Below are positions 24,279-36,852 of a stretch of 60,730 nt of DNA, one piece after another. Within the stretch, counting starts at the first letter, position 1; the number at the start of each line of letters is the position of its first letter. Origin of the DNA: Mesotaenium endlicherianum. Taxonomy: Eukaryota. Under the pieces are notes generated by a model, which was not told where the DNA came from, did not search any database, and was given only the letters and a program-made list of their open reading frames with translations. Position numbers and translations under genes: made by a program. Where the stretch lies: assembly GCA_009602735.1 (NCBI GenBank), contig WELA01003501.1:3787-64516 (forward strand), read 5' to 3'.

Positions 24279-24380
24279 TAAAGTCCAGCAGACTGACTAT
24301 TAAATAAAGTCCAGCAGACTGACTATTAACTAAAGTCCAGCAGACTGGTTATTAACTAAAGTTCAGCAGGCTGATCTTAA
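24279..24380. repeat. 26-bp tandem repeat x4 in the D1 LTR (U3 side)
   Basis: Units of TAAAGTCCAGCAGACTGACTATTAAC; only about 2 units at the same place in LTR 49788-50507. Confidence 0.85.
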
Positions 24381-24547
24381 TTAACTAATTATATTTAAAT
24401 GAATATCATATCCACTAATATACTGATTCAATACAATCCCTCCAACTTAACTTGTTGTCGCCTCAACAACATTATACTGCAAAGTCTGAAATAAAAGAAC
24501 TGACCCTGACCAGCCTCCCTTACTGACTGCCTCTTCAGCGTGTCACC

Positions 24548-25615
24548 TTAAGGGGTTGTTCCTGGGGCTTCAGGGTCAGGAGACGGAGATCTGGACCTAG
24601 ATCTGGACAGCCCTCTAGGTCTGTCAGCTGGCCTTCTAAAGAACCCTGTTTGCTCTAAAGTTGGCCCTCGGGGAGAACGGAGGATGGTGGCCTGCTCTTC
24701 AACTATTTGGGTGTTGATTCCCACATAGACAGGCATTCCAGTAGGATGCTGAAATACATTGGCTAGAGGTACATGCCCCTGAGCGGAGGGGGAGGCTGGC
24801 ATACCTCTGGCCCACCCGCGTGTCTCTCTTCTGGCACCCCTGTCCTCTAGGGATTTCTGTCTGTGTCTGCTGCCCAGTACCGTCAGATCAGCTTCTTCCC
24901 CCGCTTGGGCAGGTGGGCTGGAGGAGCGAGCGCGGGGTCCAGTTGTCGCCATAACGGGGATCACATTCCACACACCTGATCGTGGTTCTTTAGGAAGTGC
25001 CACTGCCTCTCGCTGGGTATCCTGAGTACCTGCTGCTGATGCTTCTCCTCTGCCTTGTTCTCCTCCCTCATCCTCCTCATCCTCCTCCTCGGAGAGAGTA
25101 GGGGTCTCGTCCACTAAGTCGTCCTGCTCCCTAGTAGACATCGAGTAGTCTACCGACCTCCCTTTCTTAGGGCGTGCTGGACGTTGCTTGGCCTTCAGCC
25201 TACTGATATCTATCCGGCCTGCGTTCTTTGCCCATTTGACAAAGGCATGCTTTCCTTTAGAGAAGTACTCTCTTCCCCTCCTCCTATGTTCCTTGGTCTC
25301 TGCATTCATATTGCTCAGGCATCCATTCAGCCTGGGGTCCCAAGGGGCAATGTGAGGTGGTAGGATGAGATAGCCGTCTAGGCCATAGTGGAAGTCATCC
25401 GGTTGGGCTCGGTCACACTCCTGCTTCTTATTTGTGACGGTCATCCACCTCCAGTCTGTTGGCTGCTGGTAGTACTGGGGTCCGTGCTCAGCCTTCCTCA
25501 GTTTACACGGGAACCAGTGGGGAGAGAACATCTGCTGTCCTGCTTCCCTGGCCAAGTACTCCCAGCTCCTTCTCTCAACTTCATTGTAAGCTGGCAGGAG
25601 TGTGAGGTAGAATAC
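24548..25615 (-). CDS. Family D ORF3 protein of unknown function, type 1, C-terminal ~355 aa open (5' part lost at gap)
   Basis: Uninterrupted frame YNEVERRSWEYLARE…HWFPCKL…WRWMT…PPHIAPWDPRL…FSKGKHAFVKWA…GHVPLANVFQHPTGMPVYV; homologues at 25812-26401, 45254-46920 and 50586-58158. Confidence 0.8.
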   Translation of the reverse strand, partial: VFYLTLLPAYNEVERRSWEYLAREAGQQMFSPHWFPCKLRKAEHGPQYYQQPTDWRWMTVTNKKQECDRAQPDDFHYGLDGYLILPPHIAPWDPRLNGCLSNMNAETKEHRRRGREYFSKGKHAFVKWAKNAGRIDISRLKAKQRPARPKKGRSVDYSMSTREQDDLVDETPTLSEEEDEEDEGGEQGRGEASAAGTQDTQREAVALPKEPRSGVWNVIPVMATTGPRARSSSPPAQAGEEADLTVLGSRHRQKSLEDRGARRETRGWARGMPASPSAQGHVPLANVFQHPTGMPVYVGINTQIVEEQATILRSPRGPTLEQTGFFRRPADRPRGLSRSRSRSPSPDPEAPGTTP

Positions 25616-25616
25616 N

Positions 25617-25811
25617 CCTTGCTTATGTATGAGTTTACTGATTGGCATCATTGATGCTAGTTTACTCGCATTTGACTTACGAGTATTATTCCCTGCTAGT
25701 GTATTGTCCTTTGCCGTTTAACTAGTTAACGGAAATACCATAAAGATTACTTGCTGATATAAAGATCTTTATTAATTGTTAATCGCCTATTTGGTAAGTC
25801 GATTCATTTCA
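25617..25811 (+). repeat. Terminal 195 bp of a family D LTR (plus orientation) right of the gap
   Basis: Reverse complement of 23664-23857 with a few differences; ends GATTCATTTCA and interrupts ORF3 of D2. Confidence 0.85.
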
Positions 25812-27350
25812 ACCAGGGAGCAGGATGACTTAGTGGACAAGACTCCTACCCTCTCAGAGGAGGAAGATGAGGAGGATGAGGAAGAAGAACAAGGCAGAGG
25901 AGAAGCTCCAGGAGCTGGTACTCAGGAGACCCAGGGGCAGGCAAAAGCAGGGCTTCCTAAGGAGCCAAAATCAGGTGTATGGATGTGACCCCGATCATGG
26001 AGGCAACAGGACCCAGCACTCGCTCCCCCAGCCCACCTGCCCAAGCGGGGGAAGAAGCTGATTTGACTGTACTTGGTAGCAGACAAAGGCATAAAATCCC
26101 AGAGGACAGGGGTGCCAGAAGAGGGACAGGCGGGGTGGCCAGAGGTATGCCGGCCTCTCCCTTCGCTCAGGGACATGTACCTCTTGCCAATGTATTTCAG
26201 CATCCTACTGGAATGCCTGTCTATGTGGGGATCAACACCCAGGTGGTTGAAGAGCAGGCTACAATCCTTTGTTCTCCTCGAGGTCCGACTTTAGAACAAA
26301 CAGGGTTCTTTAGAAGGCCAGCTGACAAACCTAGAGGGCTGTCCGGATCTAGGTCCAGATCTCAATCTCCTGATCCTGAAGCCCAAGGAACAACCCCTTA
26401 GACATCAAAACATCCTCCAGCCAAGCCTTGCTGGAGGTCTCTCTCTTTGCACCCCACAACGGCAGTGGACTGAGGGTGGAGGTGACAACCACTGTCACTA
26501 GTAATCCCCACGGCTAGGCAACAGTGTTGAAGCAAGAGGCAAGCGGTGGGGGGTTAGTCCTGTTAAGTTCCCTGACCCGATACTTCTGCAGTTTGATGTT
26601 GTCGAGGCGACAACAAGTTAAGTTGGAGGGATTGTAATGAATCAGTATATTGATAGATTTAATATTCATTTAAGTATAATAGTTAACTAAGTTCAGCCTG
26701 CTGAACTTTTATTAATATACAATCTGGTGGACATAATGAAAATATCATTTTAATGACTCAGTCGAAAGCAGCAAACTGAAGTCAACTTAAGTCAGCTTGC
26801 TGACACATTCTTTGACAGCCAGCTGAATTACGTACTCGGTAGCAGCGAACTGCCTAGATATGCATCTAAGTATAGTATGCTAGATGAATGGCTAGATGAC
26901 ATCCTTAGGATGGATGGCGATTTGGGATGATGGGAGATGGCGGTGGATTTGGTTAACCGAGGTCCTACCAACGTGGTTAACTCCCGGGTAGGCGGTGCCA
27001 TCGCACTTGCCGTTGCACAGTAAACTCATTGCATGTACATATGCTAGGTATTGCTCTCGAGTTCGGAATTCAAAACGAGGCCAACTCCCTGGTACAGCTT
27101 ACTAAGAGATATCTGAATCCAAGGCGAGAAGCCATTGATATGCACTGTCTTCTAGCCTTGCTTATGTAAGAGTTTACTGATTGCATGACTGATACTAGTT
27201 TACTTACATTTGACTTGCGGGTATTGTCCACTGCTAGTAAGTTGTCTTTTGCTGTCTAATCAAGTAACAAAAAATACCATAGAGATTACTTGCTGATATA
27301 AAGATCTTCATTAATTGTTAATCGCTTGTTTGGTAAGTCAATTCATTTCA
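25812..27350 (+). mobile_element. Family D copy D2 (ORF3 3' part 25812-26401, PPT, 3' LTR 26633-27350)
   Basis: TREQDDLVD…GHVPLANVFQHPTGMPVYV with one frameshift; hairpin TGTTGTCG-AGG-CGACAACA plus PPT; LTR TGTAATGAATC…ATTCATTTCA. Confidence 0.9.
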
Positions 27351-28366
27351 GCTGTCCAGATCCAGGTCCAAATCTCAATCCCCTGATCTTGGGGCTCCAG
27401 GAACATCAACGTAGATCTTAAAACCATCCTCCAGTCAAGCCTTGTTGGGGGTCTCTCTGTTTGCACTCCACAACGAAAGTGGATTGAGGGTGAAGGTGAC
27501 AGTTCACTACCACTAGCGATTCCCACAGCTAGGCAACAGTGGTGAAGCAAGAGGCAGGCGATGGGAAGATCAATATTGTCAACCTTTTTAACACATAGCT
27601 TTACAATTTAATGTTGTCGAGACGACAACAATTTAAGTTGGAGGGATTGTAATGAATCAGTATATTAGTCAATATGATATTCAAAAAAATATGATAGCTG
27701 ATCAAGTTCAGCCCGTTGAACTTTAGTTGATATTTGATAAGCTGGACTCTTAAGGATAATCAGTTTAATGACTCAGCCGAGAGCAGCAGGCTGAAGTCAA
27801 CTTTGGTGAGCTCGCTGACACATTCTTTGACAACTAGCTGACTTCTGTACTCGGTAGCAGCGAAGTGCCTAGTCTTGCAATTAAGTATGATATGCTAGAT
27901 GAATGGCCAAATGACAACCTTAGGATGGATGGCAATTGGGGATGCTGGGAGATGGCTGTGGATTTGGTTAAGCGAGTTCCTACCGACGTGGTTAATTCCC
28001 GGGTAGGCGGTGCCATCGCACTTGCCGTTGAAGAGTAAACTCATTCCGTATACATAGGCTAGGTATTGCTTCAAGTTCGGCATTCGGAAACAAGGCCAAC
28101 GCTATTGTATAGCTTACTAAGAGATATTTGAATATAAGGCGAGAAGCCATTGTTGCTAACTATTTTCTAACTTTGCTTATGTATGAGTTTACCGATTGCA
28201 TGATTGATGCTTGTTTACTTGCGTTTGACTGGTGAAGTATTGTTCACTGCTAGTGTATTGTTTTTTGCTGTTAAATCAATTAACGAAAGATACCGTAAAG
28301 ACTGCTTGCTGATATGAAGATCTTTGATTAATTGTTAATTGCCTATTGGTAAGTCGATTCATTTCA
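27351..28366 (+). mobile_element. Older family D subfamily (D') 3' end: ORF3 tail, PPT, LTR 27648-28366
   Basis: Starts in the LSRSRS tail of ORF3; PPT followed by a diverged D LTR; second copy at 48619-49633. Confidence 0.87.
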
Positions 28367-30376
28367 AAGCATGCTGAAACAAGACTACTATTGGAGGAAT
28401 ATGGACAAGGACATCGAGGAGTTGCGATGCGTGGATCAGGAGTTGCGATGCGTGCCAGCGGAACAAGACACCAAATCAAAAGAAAGGAGGTACATTGCAG
28501 CCCCTGCCTATTCCATAATATCATTGAAAGCAGATTGCTATGGACTTCATCACATGGTTTCTAGTTAGTGGTCAAGGGCACGATGCAGTTTGGGTTGTGT
28601 CTGATAGACTTAACAAGATGGCTCACTTTATTTCCATGAAGGAGACTTCAACGGCAACACTTGTGGCACGGCTATTCTTTGATCATATTATCAGGCCACA
28701 TGGGTTGCCGAAGGTGATTGTTTCAAATCGGGATCCAAGATTTACTAGCAACTTTTGGCGGTCATTGTTTACTTCGATGGGGACCAAGCTGAGTATGAGC
28801 ACTTCCTATCATCCTCAGACAGACAGGCAGAGTGAGAGGCTCAATAGAATTCTGCAAGAGGTGCTCGGGAATTTTACCGTGGAAAACCCTTCAGAGTGGG
28901 ACAAGAAGCTGCCAGGGTTGGAGTTTGCCTACAACAACAGCACGCAAGGATCGACCAAGCAGTCACCATTCACTATGGTTTATGGGAGAGAAGTATATCA
29001 TCCAAGAAACAATCTGCTCGAGAAGGCCAAGGATTCCTACTACACAAACTTCTATGGAGCAAATAGTCAAGTCTTGGGACATAGCGAAGACGTGTATTTG
29101 GAAGGCACAAGAAGAGCAAGTCAAGTATGCTAACAAGCACAGGAGAAAAGTGACATTCCATGTGGGCAACAAAGTACTATTTTTAACAGAGAATCTACCT
29201 TTCACGGGCAAGAGGAAACCGCGAGCACGATTTACAAGTCCAATTTCGGTGCTCAAGCATGTGAATCCAGTGGCCTACAAGTTGGAACTTCCTTCAGACT
29301 GGGGTATACATGATGTGTTCCATGTCAATTACCTGTGGCCATACTTTGACCTAAATGAAGGACATCCAGGACGACTACCTACCCCACCATCACCGGTCGA
29401 GATTGATAATGTATTGGAGTGTGAAGTGGAGGCGATTGTTGGCGATGGACGAGTCAGGCGAGGTCAACGACTTGTTCAAGAGTATGTGGTCAAGTGGAAA
29501 GGCTACCATGCGGACGACAACGTTTGGGAGCCAGAGGCCATTTGAATCATTGTAAGAGTAAGCTGAGACGTTATCTGCAGAATGCGTCGAGGACGTCGCG
29601 TCTTCAGGAGGGGGATGATGTAAGGTCATAGATTTAAATAAAGTGCATTTGGTAGCTATTTAAAAGTATATTTGAAATGCATAGAGGCATTAAGTGCATT
29701 TTTGTGGTCATTGTGATATAAAGTTCGTCGAATTTAGTTAAGTATTGAGAAAGTTATGGATTTCTGAAGTTTGATTAGTTATAATAGGTTGGTCAACGAC
29801 TGTCCTCATTTCGCGGCGAGCGCGACCGTTGGATTGATCGACAGCGTCGAGCGATTTTGGCCGTTAATTTGATTTTGAACCTTCACGTAATTTTGGCTGA
29901 CGCGAAGTGCCGACCAGGTCAATTACCTAGAAGTTTCGAATTAGCCTAGCGCGTCTAAGTAAGTATATTCTAGATATTTCGATGCATGCATGTGATCGTC
30001 AAATCGGCTTGACACGTCGGATGAGGCTGATCTGGCATACTCACAAATATTCTGGAAGGGACAATATGACAAACACTTAGAAATTTTGTTGCTAAGCGGC
30101 CCTCCCTCCTAGAGGGCGAGTGATCGTTATAGAAAACTTCAAATAGGCATAACTTCTTCATTTCTAATCAGTTTTCACTTCCGTGAATTTATATGAGTTT
30201 GTAATGACTAGGCCTTTCATACTACATCATGTGGGAGCACTTTGTTGCCACTCAAAATGCTGAGTAATTTTCCTAAGCTTTCTTAGTGATATACCGCTGC
30301 ACTCTTTAGTATGATAACAACTAGCTTTGTTCCTCGTGAGTCACTACGCTTCCACTAGGGCACTCTGCCCCTTTCA
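28367..30376 (+). mobile_element. Family B copy B3: integrase/chromodomain pseudogene, PPT and 3' LTR 29619-30376
   Basis: ORFs 28540..29133 and 28832..29545 match the B2 integrase and chromodomain; PPT GGAGGGGGATGA; LTR TGTAAGGTCATAG…CCCCTTTCA. Confidence 0.92.
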
Positions 30377-31038
30377 CTCACTTGCGATTGGAAGCGTACA
30401 CGAGTACCTTTTTTAGTTGCATACACAAGGTGGAGTGTCCTGGTAGTGTGCCACCCTTGCAAGAGAGAGAGAGAGCTAAGATGAGAGAGGAGTGAAAACG
30501 AACTCACTTGAATTAAAAAAGTTGTGTACAAGATAAGAAGGTTAGACTAGACTCCCTCTACTTCTTTGTGCTTCCTATTTATGCCCTAACTCTAAGTGTC
30601 CTCTCTAGCAAAGTACCTTCAAAACCTTCTACTATTGCTCCTTCCATGTAGGTGACCTTCCTTTCTTGGACAAGCTAGCGCACTCACACGCACACAATCA
30701 CACTCTAGAATAATCTACTACACAATCCACTAACTCCTCACGGAGTCTCTAAAAATTCCACAATCACTTTGGCACTTTACGTAATTGTACGTAGTTTTTG
30801 GAACTCTCATAATTCAATATCCTACTTCCAAGACTCCGACCAAAATTTTCGTAACTGGACCTGTCCTTGTCACGAAATTGAATATGTGTCATTTAAAACT
30901 CATCAAAAAGTTCCAAAACTCATAACTTTCTCAATACTTATCCAAATGACTTGAAACAAAGACCAAATTTTTTCTAAAGCCACACTCTATGCATATAAAA
31001 TGCTAGAAACATACAAAGTACACTTTCATAACCTTCCA
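30377..31038 (-). repeat. Family A LTR (A3), interrupted by B3
   Basis: Homologous to ~686-1355; ends TTCATAACCTTCCA. Confidence 0.87.
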
Positions 31039-31495
31039 GCTAAGATCATTTTTTTTGTGCATGATAAAAGGGCTGTTAGCTATCATACATGTTCTCAAAC
31101 AGTGGACAGCATACTTACATGAGAAAGGTTTTGAGGTGATTACAGATCATCTACCATTTTTAGAAGAAGTCCATGCTGTAGAGGAGGGAGAACTGCTGTA
31201 GTCAGATGCTGGAACAGGTCCAGGTTCGGATCGAAGTTGAATCCTGCTGATGCTCTCTTTAGATACCTGACGTGCAAGAATGGAACTTTGATCAGCATGC
31301 GGTAGACAAAGTTTGTTGTGCACTCACTTCACTTAAGTGAAAAAGTCCTTCCTTGAACAATTTAGGAAAACCTACCTTTCTGACCCAACATTTGAGCCCA
31401 GTCCAACCAATAGTGTGTTTCTTGCTACTATAGTTGGTGATAGGCTGAAGAGAGGGCTTTGGGTGACTAAAACTACTTCAAGAAGGCTGAAAATG
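31039..31495 (+). pseudogene. pol: Decayed family D RNase H fragment
   Basis: Reads LLAIIHVLKQW.AYLH…VITDHL…NPADAL, matching 43060-43510 and 59830-60300. Confidence 0.8.
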
Positions 31496-33106
31496 AAATG
31501 AAATGAAATTTACTTCGCTTGTTCTTAAACTACTTCTCACGCATTTAAAGGTCTATGTTGATCTCCCCTCTGGAGCTCTCCATGGTCAGATGAATCAAGT
31601 AGTCCAGCAGCAGGCACGCCCTGCCCAGTTGATGAGGCTTAGTGAATGCCTCGTGCTACAAACTAGTACGTTTTTGAATTCTAAGGTGTTTATGAGTGCA
31701 GAAATATATTCTAGAAGTTATAGAAACCGTGAGTAGCACGGCGGATTGGTGAGAGGGGCTGAAGTCTAGGACTTTGATTTTATCAGGGTTCGAACATTTT
31801 GGTGTGAGAGTCCTGTGGTATATGTGAGGTACAAATCACATGATGATGGACTAAGCTGTAGGAAGTATCGCAAATTTGGTGATTTCGGTTGTGAGGAAAG
31901 GGTGACCAGAACTCTAAGGATGCCATGTTCAAAATTTTGTACTGCAAATTGGCCTTTCATCGCACTTTAAAAAGGTGCACGGAGCAGCACGGAGACGGGC
32001 CCAAAAAAGCACAGAGAAGATGGGGAAAAAAAAGAGGTGTCAGGTTTGCCACGTCATCTTCGCCAGGTGGACTGACCGTGACTAAGAAGACTTGACGTGA
32101 GTGTAGTGTCATATTCTTTGAAAGTTGAAGGGTGGTTTCAAGTTTGCCTCCATTTTCGATCTTTGGAGGGTAAAATCATATTTTCCCCTACTTTTTTTGC
32201 GCTCAAAGCTGCCCACAGCTGCCCACAGCAGGCCCACAGCAATCCACAGTATCCGCTTTGACTTCCGGTCTTGTCCGGTCTCAGTTCTCGAAGTGATTCC
32301 GACCCCAGTTGTTGCCTTCCAAGCACTTCCCAAGGTCCTGCAGTCACTGTCACACCAAAGCAGGCCCCCGGATTCGACAAAAGTCGCTGATTTTGGAAAA
32401 TTTCGGAACCATCCTCTGGCCTGCTCTGGTCGACGGTCAGGGTTTCGAGAGTATCCGACAAAATTTGGTAGGATTTCTTTAATAGTGTAATTATATCCCA
32501 CGACAAATTTAAAAGGAAAATCGGAAGTTTTGGGATTTTACGCGACATCCGCTCCCAACGACCAGGATTTCTTTCGATAAAATTTACGATTTCGCATGAT
32601 TTTAAAACATCCAAGAAATCAAATATCATCGAATTTTACGCGAATCCTGCACCAAACGTCGTGAAAAGTCGCGCATCAAGAGAAACCGTGCTGTTAAATG
32701 CCGATACGCGTGTGTTCAATCTCAATAGCGTCTGATATAGGCCGGTGGATGGAGCTAAAGAGGAGTTTTTGCAGCTGCTTGACATCGTATTCTGTTGTAA
32801 CAAGTTTTTACGCTGGAGGCATGTGAAGTGCAAGGATGGGAACTGGGCGAGAAGGGTTGACTAAATTAGCAGTCGAGCACCTCAAAATGACCTCGCGCCA
32901 ATGGAGAGAGTGAGACAATTGGTCAACTGCCTGATAATTTTCCGTCCACTGCATTCTTGAGCGTGAAGAAGGCGCGGGACGATTAGACAAGTGCCTACTT
33001 GCTCCTTGCATGAAGGTTGATTAAGACCCGTACTTAAGCTGAATGACACCCAACGTTGGGGCATTTCAAATTCCTGTAGTTGCTACACTAAAATTAGCGC
33101 TACACT

Positions 33107-34480
33107 ATGGGCGACGTAGCTCCCGAAGCCGACGGAAGACATGAGGCTGTTACGAAAGCCCTCGGGGCTCCATATGATGAATTCTTCATATTCACCCTCT
33201 TCACCCGTTTCTCCAGAATGTGGCTGGAGACGGGGGACGTTGAGGAGCAGGTAACCTCACCCAGGACTTCTCAGTGACTTCAGAAAACACATTGCAGAGG
33301 GAAATGCCTTCATTGCCGAGCCTTCTGCGGCGTACCTCAGTCGTGGACGTGGCTTGTTATTGACTCGACTGCGTGAGCGCCTGCTTATGCAAATTTCGTG
33401 TTCCTGAGTGCAGGATATCCACGCTAACAGCGTCCCAGCGAGGCAGAGCATGAGTACGTTCACACTCACCTGTTTAGGCGTGGGGAACGTAGTTGCGACA
33501 GGAATCTTCACAAACATGCCCAGGGTGTTTGCCTACGTTTCTGGGTGAGTTTTCTGCTGTCCTGTCACGGCAAACCTTTGCAGTAGAGGCCCTAAAGGGA
33601 GCAGCAAGCGTGTGAACGCGCACGTGCAATGCAGTAGTTCACGGAAGGTGGGAGGTCTGCAGAGCTAGAGTACCCTCTATCAAACTCGTCCCAGAGTCTG
33701 CGCTTCCATATAGACTCATTTGGGCCGTCCTGCTCGAGCCAATTGAGGTGAGCCCGTTGGTGAGCTGGCAAATGACATCTGACAGTGAAGCTGACCTGGC
33801 GAGCGCCTCTGGCGTGCGTGCGTGCAGGCCGAGCGTCATACTGCCACTCCTGGTGGCAGCGTTTTGCGCGGCCATCTTCGGGCTGGTGCTGTCGGAGTTT
33901 GCATCCGAGTGAGTGGCACGCCCCACTCCCTGAGCTCCGAACTTCAAAGTCCGCATCTTGCACGCTTCTGCAGCGAGACCTCCCTTACCCCTTCCGACGC
34001 ACTCCCGTTGCTCCTCTGTGCTCATGCTCACCGGCTGATCAAAGGGCCGCCGCGTTCATCTCTAACAAAGACTAGTGCTTCTTCTGCGGGCTGGGGTGGG
34101 GTGGGGTGGGGTGGGGTCGGGTGGCCGATCAGTTACCGAGTTACAGGTGGCGGCTTGTAAGCTTTCTTTCCCCCCCCTTCGCATTACCTCCCTTGTCTCT
34201 CCCACTCACATCTTGTGTCACAAGCAGTGGGGCGGAAAAGGGGGCACTAACTTAACTTGCTCTGTGGCCGTGGCCGTGGCGGTGGCGGTGGCGGTGGCTG
34301 TGGCGGATGCAGCATATACGTGCTCAACACCTTTGGACAGTACGCTTCTGTGTGAGTACTAGCAATCTATCTCGCATCATGGTGTCGCATCGTCATGCCT
34401 AATTGCATCGTTCATTCCCTTTCTTTCTTGTGCAATGGGTGGTGGTGGTAGTAGTAGTAGTAGAGTGTCTCCGCTTCCCC

Positions 34481-34511
<31 letters not shown>

Positions 34512-35253
34512 TCTGCCCGGCAGGCAGGGCTGGGCCTGGGTGTGCTGGTGCTCCTCTCTCCCCTCTCCTTCTCCCTCTCCCCCTCCCTCTCCCTCTCCCT
34601 CACACATGCACACACACAGCGCTAACTGCGACTAGTGCCACTGGACGGATGGATGGATGGCAGCCTGGCGGCCACAAGTCTCATCGTCGACTACGTCTTC
34701 GGGGCTGCGGCGGTGCGCACCCACTCCTCCCTGCTGCTGCTGTTGCATGCAACTCCACCAGACTGCCCCACCCTGGCTGCTCTCCCAGGCATGCGTAGGC
34801 GGCTGCCGCTCACAGCCAGAGCTGGAGCCGGAGCCGGAGCCGGAGCCGGGGCCAAAACCGGGGCCAGGACATGATGACTGAAGATGCGTGTGCGGCGTGC
34901 GGCGTGCGGCGTGTGGCTGTCGTGCAGGTGGTGCGCAACTTCTCGTACTTCTTTGCGGAGTTTGTCGACCGCCCCGTGGACTCGTTCAAGGCACACGTGG
35001 ACGGCTTCGGCCCGCGCCTGGACTACATCGGCCTCGTCCTCTTCCTGCTCTTCACGCTGGCCGCAGCCTGGTCCCCAGTAATGTTCGTCGGCTTCAACAC
35101 ACGTGCGTAACTGTGCTCTTCATTCCTGTGCTCTTCATTCCCCCCCTTCCTCCCCCAACCCCCCCCGGCCCCGCGCCCCTCCGCCGCCCCGCCTGCCACC
35201 TTCTTTGACGTTTGTCCTCGTGTGCTAGTGTGTGTGTCTGCGTGCGCGCGCGC

Positions 35254-35286
<33 letters not shown>

Positions 35287-36821
35287 AGGGCGTGCGTGCG
35301 CGCGTGCTTGCTTGCATGTATTGTGGCTTGCATGCGTGCGTGCTTGCTTGAGTGAGAGCACACCCGCGGTCATGCATGCTTTCTTGCTCGTGTGCTTGCT
35401 TTCTTTCTCGTTCCCCCGCATCACCTGCACCAGATGGGGACAGGCACGCGCAATCGCAGTTCAGCTGCTCACGGCCGACTGACATGGTGAGGGGCGGGCA
35501 TGCGGGCGGACGATGCAGTGCTGCAGATCACGCACGTGCTCCTCATGCTGGTCATCATCATCGCCGCGCTCTCCCACGCGCAGGCGTCTAGCTGGGAGCC
35601 CTTCTTCCCCAGCAGCCTGCCCAGCCACGGCGGGCGCACCGTCCTGCTGGGCGCCAGCAGCCTCTTCTTCGTCTTCAACGGCTTCGACGTCATTGCCCTG
35701 GGAGCCGAGGAAGTGCGCGATGTGAGTCCCCGCCCCGCACCTCCTCCGGCCTCCAGGGGGATGACGTCGGAGCCTGCCCGCCCGCCCCCGTCTCTGCCCC
35801 CTGGGTGGTTGCCCGCCCGCCCGCCCCCGTCTCTGCCCCCTGGGTGGTTGCCCGCCCGCCCGCCTCGTCCGTGCCTTGTTTCTTCTTGCTGCTGGCTTCC
35901 GCTCGCTTTCTCTCTCTCTGCGTCTGAGCATTTGAAGCAAGATTCTCACAATTGCGTGCGCGCGTGCGTGTGTGCGTGCATGGTCGTTTTTGCGGTTGCG
36001 GAGCGCTTGCCCAAAAGCGCACTAATGTGTGCACGCGTTCGGGCATGCGCGCGTGCATGGGCTAGCGTGTGAACCTGTGCAGCTGCTCTGGTATGAAGCG
36101 AGTCAATCCGCAAACTCAACAGCTGCCCTTGCGCGGGTGCGGATGCGGGTGTGGGTGTGGGTGCGGGTGCGGACGTGCAGGCGGCAACCACGCGGTCGGT
36201 GCCTCTGGGCATCATGCTGTCCATCCTCGTGCCCTTCCTGCTCTACGCGCCGCTCACCATGGGCCTCGTCATGCTGTACCCGCACGCCTCGTTTGTGGAG
36301 GACTTCGCCCGCGGCAGCGTGGACGGCCTCACGCTGGCGTTCCAGCAGAGGGGCATGGACTACATGAAGTTTCTGGTGGCGCCCTCTGCGTGCATCGGCA
36401 TTTTCTCCTCCAGCGCCATGAACGTCTACGGACTGTCCCGCATCCTCACTGTAAGTGTTGCACGTGCATGCGCGCTGCACACGCACGCACACGCACATGC
36501 ATACGCATGCACACGCACAAGCACGCGCACACGACGCACACACATATGCCTCCTCTCTGCCTGTTGCTTGGCCGGTGCCGACATCCTCCGTGCTCTCTGT
36601 CTCTCGCACGCACACGGTGGGTGGACAAGGCTGACGCTCGACGACGATGTGTGGACGGTTGGATGTGAGCTGCAGGCACTGGCGCGCGAGCGCATGATCC
36701 CCATGTGCATTGGGGAGCTTAACACAACCACAAAAACGCCGGTGGTGGCCGTGTTCATCGGCGGAGTTGTCTCAGGTACCCCCCGCCTCTGTCCGCGCCT
36801 CTTCACTTACACCCAGCGCAG

Positions 36822-36852
<31 letters not shown>

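Larger units (their letters stand above)
23664..25615 (-). mobile_element. Family D element, copy D1 (3' LTR 23664-24435, PPT, 3' two-thirds of ORF3; ends at assembly gap)
   Basis: LTR TGTATTGAATC...GATTCATTTCA on the minus strand; PPT TTAAGTTGGAGGGAT at 24436-24450; inserted into the A2 5' LTR; n at 25616. Confidence 0.88.

Noticed and set aside
23664..25811. Apparent 195-bp terminal inverted repeats enclosing an ORF (DNA transposon or DIRS-like element)
   Set aside because: Both arms are family D LTR ends and the right arm begins at an assembly n (25616); two separate LTR copies joined across a gap is the simpler explanation.
31500..33100. ORFs 32109..32629 and a G-box-like GCCACGTCA upstream of the CAT gene
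   Set aside because: No recognisable protein motifs or element termini; cannot tell promoter from decayed repeat.
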